Below the pieces are notes generated by a model. It searched no databases, was not told the DNA's origin, and saw nothing but the letters and a program-made list of their open reading frames with translations. Position numbers and translations under genes: made by a program. From positions 3,534,001 through 3,598,000 of the forward strand of contig CM120640.1 in NCBI GenBank assembly GCA_051362555.1: a stretch of 64,000 bases of DNA, written 5' to 3'. This document shows positions 27,301-39,300 of this stretch, piece after piece (position 1 is the stretch's first letter; each line of letters starts with the position of its first letter). This DNA is from Lingula anatina. Lineage: Eukaryota; Animalia; Brachiopoda.

Positions 27301-30300
27301 GAGATCAGCCTCCCCACTTCCCGGGAAGTCTCCTTTGACAAGGTCTCCAGCCTCCACGCCCACTCCTCTGCAAGGTAAATCTTTAATCACACTGGCTAAG
27401 GAAAGTTCTCAATCTCTTGAATATTGTGTAAATATTGCTATGATGAACTATTACTTGCTTACCAAATATGAATTTGGTGATTTCAACTCACAGCGCTCTG
27501 AGCAATATTCCATGTAAAATAATTCTGTCTCTGTTTGATCTGGTTTGATAAAGTTTTGTTTTTGTTTTGATAAGCTAAAACAGTCGATATTGTATTTCAG
27601 TGAGAATCCAAGGCTCCCCCTCCCCCTCTCTGATTGTTCCAACCTCTATCAATACAACTCAGCCAGAGCAGTTGCCAGGGTATACGGGCCCCGCTAGAGC
27701 TTCCACACCTGGGCAAGGTAAGGAATCTTATATTGGCAAATCGACACTATTTTCAGAACATACAGGTATCACATTAGTGGTTATTAGTAGGCACAGTGAC
27801 AGTTTTGATTATTATTATAATTAAGTAAGAGATAAATAGTGTTTGATGGTAGATTTTTTGCATCTGGGCTTTGTGGATTTTTATCTTTCATCTGATCTAT
27901 TTAATTGGGCCTCTATCCAGCTGCGTCCCTCCTATTAAGTACTTGGATAGTCAGATTCAGCCTGTTCCTGTACAGATTTGTTTCCTTTCAGGTCTATTAC
28001 TGGCCTCCAGTACCCAGTCTCTGTCTACTGGTCAGCTAGGCAGCCAGTCCCAGCCTATCACTGTACAGATACACCACACCCAGCAAGGTACCAGGCTATT
28101 GATCCCATCTAGCCAGCTAACACAGCTACCTGGTATTGCTTTTACTTTCCACTTTATCTATTATGCACATATTCATACAATGGCAAGTTCAGTTAGCTTG
28201 GAATAAAGGCAAACTGAACTTTCCTGTGGTGTGAGATGACAGCACTTTTGCATTGTGGTTTCTTAACCTAATAGTTTGATCAGTAGATGCTTTGATACTG
28301 TGTTAATTAAAGACTCCTAGTTCCCACTTTGAAGTGTATTTAAATTTCCTCTCAAGCATTTACATTGGTGTTTCTAGTTCAATTGTACTAAGCTTGGTAA
28401 TCTAGTTCCTTTGAATAGAGGTAGAGCATTAATGTTTTGGCTGACTTTTGAAATAAGAGCCCCGCTCTGTGGTACTTCTAGTTCCTAAGCTTTCCATTTT
28501 GTTTTCAGCTGGTTTCCTACAGATAGTACAGAGTTCCACTGGTCAGCACATACTGACCACTGCGGCCACCTCTCAGGGCACCCCAGTCCAGGCCGTGGCT
28601 CCGGTCCAGACCACCACCACCACCACTGCTGCCTCGGCCAGCCCTGTGCCCAGCACCACTGTGGTCAGGGCGGCTTCTCCTGCTGCCTCAGTGGTCACAG
28701 TGAGGGCAGCCTCCCCAGCCACTTCAGCAGCAGGGGTGAGGGCTGGGTCTCCTGCAGTGTCCATCACTGGGACAGCTGTGAGAGCTGCCTCACCTGCAAC
28801 ATCAGCCTCATCGGCAACAGTTACTTGTAAGTGGGAAAGCCAGATGTATAGTTAAAAAATATAGTCACATTGTGATGTATTCCTATAAAAGTATCTGTTG
28901 GTCTGAAGTGGACATGTTGCCAGTTTGGATTAATACATTTGATACTTGATATCTGAAAGCGAGTCAATTTTTTCATTTAAAAAAAATGGGGGGGGGGGGG
29001 GGGGGGGCAAAAGTGTTTGTAGGTGGCTCATCATGTTCAAAAGTATGTTTAAACAAAATTTGTAACCAACTATGAAAAATGTTCAGAGTACTTAGGAAAA
29101 TTTATTCTGTATTTTTATTAATATTTTAGTAATGAATGGCCTTCCTCCTGTGAGTACACCAACCACTCCTGTCTCTACCCCCAAGTCTACTCTGCCTGTC
29201 AGCAGTTCAGTGGTAGTCACACCTAAACCTGTGGTACGGGTGTCTCCCATGTCTGTGGAAACTACAGCAGTTAGTGGTGAGTTGGGTCTTTTAACTTGTT
29301 AAATATGTTGATAATGTGATAAAAACAAACCTGAACTTTTGAAGAAAAGTGACGTGATGAGATTAACGGATTCCCCTTCATGATGCATTCATGACAATCC
29401 GAAATCTGATACTTTATGATTACCTTTTTAAGTACTCAGATGACTACCAGAAAACATAAACTCCTGCTGAACATTATAGTAAGAAGTGTAAATATTCATG
29501 ACTTCTGAAGCTAGCTCTAAATGTCTGCATGTTTACAATCTCCAGCCTCATCAAGCCAGCCTGCAGCATCCACACCCAGTAAATCTGTGATTGGAACCAG
29601 AAGCCAGAGAAAAAGCTTAGAGAAAGCCAAAGAAGCTCCAGAAAAATCACCATTTTATTTGGTAAGAAGTGCACCTTTCAGTTTTTGTTGCCTTAAGGCA
29701 TTCTGCCTAGAAAAAGACATTATATATTGCATTCCATTGGCATGTTGTTCGTATAATTTTTAAATGTTCATGATTTGAGATAAATGTGCAAAATATTTAT
29801 AGCATTCATTTATTTTCAAAAGGAGTCCTTAGCACAAAAAAGAGCAGAGCATCGTCAAGAAAAGCTGGAAAGGATAGCTAAAATCAATGCCAGGCACTGT
29901 GACTGGAAGCCAGTTTATGGCCAAGATTTATGTGCGGCTGTGGATGTTCTCAGTGGATTAAAAAGCACTACAGTGCTGGACAATACAATGCGTGGCTTGG
30001 GCTATGTAAACTGTTATCATGCCCAGCATAGGAGTAAGCTATACAACCCTGACATGTACTACAGGTGGACACAACCTTTAATGGATATTGTACACAGACC
30101 TGAGAAATATGTGGAAGAAATGAAAGACATTTTAGAAAGGTATCGCACTTATTGTGCTCTTAAATACAGAATAGTGGTACTAGGAAAACGGTTTTGAAAT
30201 ACTGTATTTCAGATAATGGTTATTGTTGAAAATACCAAGAAGTAGAAACCAGTTGATGCTATTTATCAATTGTTTTAATAATCAATGAAAATAGTATATA

Positions 30301-33300
30301 ATCTTCAGCTTTGTAATTAACTCAAATTTTTTTCAGATATTGCTTTTTGATACCCCCAGTCAAAGCCCCAGAGATCACTATGCATGCCTCTCATCCCCCT
30401 CCCTCACTGCTAACTGAGAGAAGAACCCGGTACTTCACCCTGCAGACTGCACTCTCGCCTAAAGCCATGTGTCTGCACAAGATGGCCACCAACATGATGG
30501 TCTGGTTCCCTGAACCCAGGCTCATACAGTATGACTGTGGTATGTGTTATTAATATGCAATAATAATTGTACCACCAGCGTTAGCGCTGGCGGTACACAT
30601 GGTTTCGGTCTCGTCCGGATCGTTCCGCCGGCTCCGCCGGCTCCGCCGGACGGCTACCGTTACCGCTTCTCCTCCTAGACGGTAAGGCCCCCCATACCCA
30701 TCTCATGGATTTAGGTCACCTATAATCTCAACTCGTTCCACGTAAAATTTGGGCTTTGTCGGTATTGGGGTCTGGGTGTGGCACTCATTGCAATGCACCC
30801 TTGTCCAAAAATGGCAAAATTAAATGCTAATTATCTACCCTACGGAAGGAGTTACGGGAAAATTTTCTACAGACGGCTTTCCAAAAGTCATATGTGTAGA
30901 TTTCAAATATACCCTCGGATTTGACCTTTGACCTTTACTTCAAGGTCAAATGGGCCAAAATTTTCAAAAAAATGAAATTTTTTACGAAAAAAAAATTTTT
31001 TGCCCTGTTATTCAGACACCACACAGACTTAACCAATAATATTATTGGAAAGTGTTACCCTTCAGGTCATCTTTCATCTCCGTGAATTTGGGGTCAATCG
31101 GTGCATTTTCACAGGAGTAGCGGCCATAAGATACCGAAACTGAAAACTGTCTCTAATTCGGGAACCGTTAATGCTAGAGACCCATTCTTTTTTGCATTTT
31201 GTAGAGCATGTAAAGCCCAACACTGGAGGTGGTCTCGGTTTTTTTGTATTCCATACGGTTTTCGAGTTACGCTGTATCAAAAAGTACATATTGGTGGTGA
31301 AAGGAAAATGTACGGAAGCCCACTGGTGCCATATGTAGAAAAAAAAATTATCTCGAAATTTCGAGATACTATTTTGAAATTTGAACAAAAAAATTTACCA
31401 CCAGCGTTAGCGCTGGCGGTACACATGGTTTCGGTCCCGTCCGGTCCGTTCCGCCGGCTCCGCCGCCATGTTACCGTTACCACTTCTCCTCCTAGACGGT
31501 AAGGGCCCCCGTACCCATCTCATGGATTTAGGTCACCTATAATCTCAACTCGTTCCACGTAAAATTTGGGCTTTGTCGGTATTGGGGTCTGTGTGTGGCA
31601 CTCATTGCAATGCACCCTTGTCTAAAAATGGCAAAATTAAATGCTAATTATCTACCCTACAGAAGGAGTTACGGGAAAAATTTCTATAGGCGGCTTTCCA
31701 AAAGTCATATGTGTAGATTTCAAATATACCCTCGGATTTGACCTTTGACCTTTACTTCAAGGTCAAATGGGTCAAAATTTTCAAAAAAATGAAATTTTTT
31801 ACGAAAAAAAATTTTTTTGCCCTGTTATTCAGACGCCACACAGACTTAACCAATAATATTATTGGAAAGTGTTACCCTTCAGGTCATCTTTCATCTCCGT
31901 GAATTTGGGGTCAATCGGTGCATTTTCACAGGAGAAGCGGCCATAAGATACCGAAACTGAAAACTGTCTCTAATTCGGGAACCGTTAATGCTAGAGACCC
32001 ATTCTTTTTTGCATTTTGTAGAGCATGTAAAGCCCAACACTGGAGGTGGTCTCGGTTTTTTTGTATTCCATACGGTTTTCGAGTTACGCTGTATCAGAAA
32101 GTACATATTGGTGGTGAAAGGAAAATGTACGGAAGCCGACTGGTGCCATATGTAGAAAAAAAAATTATCTCGAAATTTCGAGATACTATTTTGAAATTTG
32201 AACAAAAAAAATTTTTATCTCGAAATTTCGAGATAGCATTTTGAAATTTGAACAAAAAAAAAATTATCTCGAAATTTCGAGATAGCATTTTGATATTTGA
32301 GCAAAAAAATTTATCTCGAAATTTCGAGATAGTATTTTGAAATTTGAACAAAAAAAATGCTATCTCGAAATTTCGAGATAATTTTTTTTTTCAACATATG
32401 GCACCAGTCGGCTTCCGTAAAAATGTGCAGTACGGTAATGGATAATAAATTTTGAACTCCGGAAAAATAAAACATAATGCTTGGCAAAGCAGACAACTTG
32501 TGGTCAAAAATGACATTATTTTATCAAATTTAAACTTCTGCAACTTCAGAGAACCTCCCATTTCAAGAACTTTGACCAAAATGACCTTTTCTTTATTTTA
32601 ATTAATTTTTTCTGTAGGAAATTTATGGCACATTATGGTAACTCCAAAATTATAACATTTAGTCCCTTATATCTCCAAAACTGGCAGAGATAGGTCCATA
32701 GTTACTATTGAAGTTGAATAGGAAGTCATATACTGGCAATCTTACTGTGACCTTGACATTGACCTTTGACCTACTTTTCACCATGAACTGAACTTTGCAA
32801 ATTTTGCTTCCCTTTTATCTCCAAAACTGGCAGAGATAGGTCCATAGTTACTATTGAAGTTGAATAGGAAGTCATATACTGGCAATCTTACTGTGACCTT
32901 GAAATTGACCTTTGACCTACTTATCACCATGAACTGAACTTTGCAAATTTTGCTTCCCTTTTATCTCCAAAACTGGCAGAGATAGGTCCATAGTTACTAT
33001 TGAACTTGAATAGGAAGTCATATACTGGCAATTTTACTGTGACCTTGAAATTGACCTTTGACCTACTTTTCACCTTGAACTGAACTTTGCAAAATTTGCT
33101 TCCCTTTTATCTCCAAAACTGGCAGAGATAGGTCCATAGTTACTATTGAACTTGCATAGGAAGTCATATACAGGCAATTTTACTGTGACCTTGAAATTGA
33201 CCTTTGACCTTCTTTTCACCATGAACTGAACTTTGCAAATTTTGCTTCCCTTTTATCTCCAAAACTGGCAGAGATAGGTCCATAGTTACTATTGAAGTTG

Positions 33301-36300
33301 AATAGGAAGTCATATACTGGCAATCTAAATGTGACCTTGAAATTGACCTTTGACCTACTTTTCACCATGAACTGAACTTTGCAAATTTTGCTTCCCTTTT
33401 ATCTCCAAAACTGGCAGAGATAGGTCCATAGTTACTATTGAAGTTGAATAGGAAGTCATATACTGGCAATCTTACTGTGACCTTGAAATTGACCTTTGAC
33501 CTACTTATCACCATGAACTGAACTTTGCAAATTTTGCTTCCCTTTTATCTCCAAAACTGGCAGAGATAGGTCCATAGTTACTATTGAACTTGAATAGGAA
33601 GTCATATACTGGCAATTTTACTGTGACCTTGAAATTGACCTTTGACCTACTTTTCACCTTGAACTGAACTTTGCAAAATTTGCTTCCCTTTTATCTCCAA
33701 AACTGGCAGAGATAGGTCCATAGTTACTATTGAACTTGCATAGGAAGTCATATACTGGCAATTTTACTGTGACCTTGAAATTGACCTTTGACCTTCTTTT
33801 CACCATGAACTGAACTTTGCAAATTTTGCTTCCCTTTTATCTCCAAAACTGGCAGAGATAGGTCCATAGTTACTATTGAAGTTGAATAGGAAGTCATATA
33901 CTGGCAATCTAAATGTGACCTTGAAATTGACCTTTGACCTACTTTTCACCATGAACTGAACTTTGCAAATTTTGCTTCCCTTTTATCTCCAAAACTGGCA
34001 GAGATAGGTCCATAGTTACTATTGAAGTTGAATAGGAAGTCATATACTGGCAATCTTACTGTGACCTTGAAATTGACCTTTGACCTACTTTTCACCATGA
34101 ACTGAACTTTGCAAATTTTGCTTCCCTTTTATCTCCAAAACTGGCAGAGATAGGTCCATAGTTACTATTGAAATTGGATAGGAAGTCATATACTGGCAAT
34201 TTACTGTGACCTTGAAATTGACCTTTGACCTACCTTACAATGAACTTAACTTTGATTGCACCATTTTTAGTTATATATATTTTTTGCATATTTTGAAAAT
34301 TCTTGTTGATTGCATTTTTACAGCTTGTCAAGCACAAGACTGGTGGCTGCACCCCTTATTTTGTGTATGTGGGGGTCTATACGAATGCGCTTGCTCCAGC
34401 TGGTGGTACAATATTCGGAGGCGGTATCGCCTCTCTGATCCTCTAGTTTACTCCATGTCAGAAGTTAAAAACATAATCTACATTTAAGTTACATGTCTAT
34501 ATTTGGTAATTATTGGCAATTTAGTTTCAGGTTAGCTTATTGCGAATATATGTTTCATTATAGAACAATTTCCTAATTTAATTTGCACTTGACACAAAAT
34601 TTCTATTGTAGTGACATGTGCCACTTAACAATTTTCTAGGCAAGTTACAGACCCTAGCTGTGCTGCTGAGAAGGCTGAAGAGTGAGGGCCACAAGGTGTT
34701 AATATTCACCCAGATGACCAAGATGCTGGACGTACTGGAGGTCTTCCTCAGCTATCACGGCCACAGGTACCTCAGGCTGGACGGTACAACCAGGGTAGAA
34801 ATGAGACAGGCTCTGATGGAGAGATTTAACATGGACAAGAGGATATTTGCCTTCATTTTGTCTACGCGCTCTGGTGGACTGGGGATGAACCTTACTGGGG
34901 CAGATACTGTGATTTTCTACGACAGCGACTGGAATCCAACCATGGATGCTCAAGCTCAGGACAGGTGCCATAGGATAGGACAGACCAGGGATGTTCACAT
35001 ATACAGGTGAGGTTAATACTGTCACAGAGTTTTGGCAGACCTGAGAGGAAAATATGAAGAAGTTTAAAGCAATTGAAAATTGTGCTGTTTGTGTTAAAAT
35101 TTATAATGTTACAATTACCAAATGGTGAACTGATCAGTTTTTATAGTAAACTAATTCTATTTTAATTTACTTTATTTTATCCAGGTTAATAAGTGAAAAG
35201 ACAGTAGAAGAAAATATCCTAAAGAAAGCTAGTCAGAAGAGGCTACTGGGGGATGTGGCAATAGAAGGAGGGAATTTCACAACTGCTTTCTTCAGACAGG
35301 TAAGAAGAGGAATTTAAACAATAATATAAATAAAATGTTTTGAAATTAACAAATAAATTGATAAAAAGTAATTGAAAATGTCTAACTAGTTCTATGAAAG
35401 CTGTAAGTCTCATGGGTGAAATTGTGTTAAAAGAAAAAAATACATTGGTTGTTAGAAAATTGGCCATTTACCAAGACCAGTTGACCTGTTTGAGTTAACT
35501 GTGTTGTGACCTTGGCCACAGATCAACCACCATTAGGTGGTCAGCTCCCTCATCCAGACTGACCTCCTAGTGGGACATGCATCTCCTCGTGTTGACCTAG
35601 TGGGACACGTCTCATTCATGTTGACCTAGTGGGACACATTTCAGCCATGTTGACCTAGTGGGACACATTTCAGCCATGTTGGCCTAGTGGGAGGTACATC
35701 TCTCATAGCATAAGTAAAAGCATTTTTGTCAATATAATTTCAGAATACTATCCAAGAGCTGTTTGAGGAGCCAAGTGGCTTGGACTCTCTGGTGAAAGAG
35801 AAGGCAGAGAAAGCTGCTGCACAACAGGCAGTAAAGACAGCACAGCCAGCACCAGAACTGTCTGAATCCCAGCTGGAACAGGTAACTTGGATGTTTGTGT
35901 TGTATAGAGTAAGGCAACATATAGAACTTTGAATTTGTTCCAGTGTGGAACTTGGGGTCAATCTAATGAGAAGACGCTGAAAGTGTGCATTGTTTAAGAA
36001 TTGACCAAGTAACAGAGTTAATATTTCTCCTCCAGGCTCTATGTGATGCTGAGGATGAGACTGATGTCCAGGCTGCTAAAATAGTCCACGCAGAACAGAA
36101 GGCTGAGCTGGCAGAGTTTGATGAAACCATTCCATGGGACGAGACGGAGGCTGCTCGCAGAGAGGAGGAGTCCAAGGTGGAGAAGGAACTCAGCATGCTG
36201 GAAAATGAGGTTAGCATATGTATGAAAAAGGCTCTGAGATGTTCAAGTCTGATGTTTACATTTTGAGCATTTGTTTCATGTTACCATAACTGAAGCCATT

Positions 36301-39300
36301 TATTTTTCATTCAGGTATCTTTCTTGCATTTATGAACATTATGCTGATATTTTGTAACTTGAATTCATTTTCTTCACTTTCAGCTGATGTCAGTAGAGCG
36401 GTATGCAGTCAAGTTTGTAGAATCCCAGATAGAACCCTTTAATGTGGAGGAACTGAAACAAGCAGAGGTGTGTATTAATCTAATGCAGACATAAAATTTA
36501 AAGTTAAATATCTATTACCAGAAGTCTTATTCCCATTCTGAAAAAAAAGCTGCTCTCAGGTTTAGCACCTCACATCTTTAAGTTGTAATTTTTTTTTCCT
36601 GGTAGACTTATTGAATGAAAAGTTGGTAAAATATGCTGTATATTTGTCAATTTAGGATGCAATTGACTCAGCAAAGAAAGACTGGGAGCTGAACAGGCTG
36701 AAAGCATTAAAGGAGGAAGAAGAGAGGCGCCTGGAGATAGAGGAAGATGAGATGTTGTTCACATACTCTCGAGATGATGCTTGTAATCAGGTGAAAAGAA
36801 AGAAAAAGACTGCTAAGGTAGCAAGTAAAAATAGGGAAGATGTGTCCAGAGTGAAGGATGGAGAGTTGAATGGTTCCAAACCACTGAGATTACCAACCCG
36901 CCACAGTTCTCGGGCAGCTAGCAGAGCTAGCACTCCTAATCAGTCTGAAGCTTCTAGTGGCGGTGGTGGTAGTAAGAATAGAGCTAGTAAAGACTGTAAA
37001 GGAAGTAGTTCTAAGTCAGAGGAGTCTGAGAGTATAGGTAGTCCCCGCACTAGATCCAGACCAGGGTCTGTAGACAATGAGGCAAACAAGACACCTCTTA
37101 GAATAGTGATACCAAAGCAAAGCCCAAGGTCCAATTCTGCTGTAACTAGTCCTAAGCAAGGTACAAAGTCCAAACTCCTCAGTCCTAGATCCTCTTCATC
37201 TAATTCGACCCCCAAGGTCAGTCCGAGGTCAACCCCCAAAAGTAGCCCCAAGTCCAACATATCTTCCCCCAAAGAGGTTGTAGTGCCTGTGTCTTGGTCC
37301 AACCCAAACTTGGTGATACGGACCAGGCGTGCTTCTGCACAGACTAGGTTCAGGCAGGACTCTGAGAGCAGTGAGGTGGATGTGGTATCTGTATGTACTG
37401 ATACTACCCCATCTCTACTGAGACCAGCCCCTCCTGTTATAGGTGTAAGGAAAGTAGTCAAGTTAAGCCATAGTGCCCCCCAGTTACAACTGTCCAACAG
37501 TTTGGCCGAGGTCCAAGGAGTATTGAATCATGTAGCAGAAGTCAAAGAGAGCCCTCCCAGTATAAAACGCCCTTTACTCACTCACCCTGTGTGTCCAGAG
37601 TTGAACAATATACCTGATAATACTGAGGTAGTTCATACAAACAATGGGGGACCTCTCCATATATCCACTGCTAGTGAAACTGAGCTTGTGAACCAAGACA
37701 GCAGTGCCCTTTCACCACAGAAAATGTTAACAGAAAGACACTGGACAGATGCTCTTAACTTCAGTTGACTTCAAACTTACTCAAGTTCTGTGGAATACTT
37801 TATTTTATCATGTTGAAAATTAAATGCTGTGGTAAGACTGAAGAACTACACATTCAAGAGAAAATTATGGTGGTAATTCAAGTATGTTGATTAATTTACT
37901 TCAGTTCAATTGAAAGAAAAGGGCAATAGCTGTTGTGATATGTAACAAGGTTCAACATTTAAGTAAATAATTGGTCATAAATAATTTAAGGTAGGCAAAG
38001 GCCTTAAGGAACTTCAATTAATGAATATATAATAGAATTGCTGTTGGACAAGATAATACTTGGTTATGTTGAGCCTTGTGTTAAATGAAGCTGTTGTTTT
38101 CTATATGAAGGCAAGAAAGCCAAATCTTGTTGAAATCGAAGTTCACTTCAGAGGCTGTTGTAATTTCCTGATCATCTGGTTAGAGTATTGCATGCAAAAG
38201 TGAAGAAAAATAAAATTGTTTTGTTATCAGCTGCTGTTGTTGTATCTCATTCAATCTACTTGGTGTGCACAGAGGAACAGCTATATGATCCAAGGTTTCT
38301 ATGGTGTCAGTATGTATCTCTTTCTCTTATTGTCACACTGGCATTTGGGGGCAGAAACAGTCACCTGAACTGTCAGTGGGAGTGGCAGATCATTGTGACA
38401 GCTGCCACTCATATTGCCAGTGGGAGGGGCAGTGCCACTCAAACTGCTAGTCTGTCATCAGTGGGAGTGGTCAGGCCAGGCGTGTTACATGTAGAACTTC
38501 TTGTAGCTTTACTTCCACCACATTTTGGTTTAGTTGGGTTTTGAGAATTTGTGCTTTGATTGCATGGCACCAAAGACCTTGTATCACGCTGTAGCCTCAC
38601 CAGCCTGCCAAGGAAAGAGAATGAGATACACACATGCACAAACACAGGGGGCGTGTTAAGACCTGGGTACTGGATGGTCTCCCTTAAAGGAATGATTAAA
38701 TTAATCCTCAAAATCTCTCTCTATAGAGGACACAAACTATCCCTTTATACAAATATTTGGGAATGACAGTTTACTCTTCGTGGGATGGGCACATTCATTT
38801 TCAGAAAAGAAAGTAATTCAAGGAAAAAAGTAATTCAGAGTTTCATTCATGCAGTTAATATTGTCAGTGTGTAAAATGCACTAACCCCCCCCCCCTTAAA
38901 AAAAATAAATTATTAAAAATAAAAAAAAATAATTACATGAGAAACTGACAAAAACATGTTCTATGATTTAAAAATGGATTTGTTCAGTCAAAAGAGAAAA
39001 TGGCATGGGGGGTACTTGGGAAACCAGATGGCCAAAAAATTACCAGCACCTGAAGAGTTTCCTGCCATGCTTTAATGGTGATGTTCTTCCTCCTCTTCCT
39101 CAGGTGTATGTGTGTGATTTCACTGGGGAACACATGCCGGTAAGTTAAGACAATTAAACATCATTCTTAATATAAATAAAAGGTAACCAAAGAGCATCCA
39201 TTGTTCCTTTTACATTATGACATTTGCAATGAACAAAAGAATGAAAGCTATAATTTTTTCCTATTCATAAAAGCAAATACAGTTTTCCTTATTGATACAA

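Larger units (their letters stand above)
30566..34446 (+). mobile_element. Composite non-autonomous Helentron/HINE element (~3.9 kb) in the domino intron before the HelicC exon
   Basis: Subterminal IRs ATTGTACCACCAGC (30566-30579) and GCTGGTGGTACAAT (34399-34412); 5' hairpin TGTACCACCAGCG-TTAG-CGCTGGCGGTACA; CCG-rich microsatellite; 3' hairpin GAGGCG-GTAT-CGCCTC (34418-34433), then CTAG (34443-34446) and TTT. Confidence 0.8.

Noticed and set aside
29416-29510. Second possible C/D snoRNA after the 29346 RNA
   Set aside because: CTGA boxes are present but box C is poor and no convincing rRNA complement of 10 nt or more was found.
31074-32579. Duplicated 85-133 aa ORFs in the domino intron
   Set aside because: They arise from the duplicated non-coding HINE/MITE sequence and show no transposase or Rep/helicase motifs.
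32665-34255. CRISPR-like regular array
   Set aside because: Whole 146-bp units are repeated with no unique spacers, there are no cas genes, and the context is a eukaryotic intron. It is a satellite.
36940-37497. 185-aa antisense ORF
   Set aside because: Shadow of the Ser/Pro-rich plus-strand domino exon. The same applies to antisense ORFs over 48393-50168 and 53521-54103.
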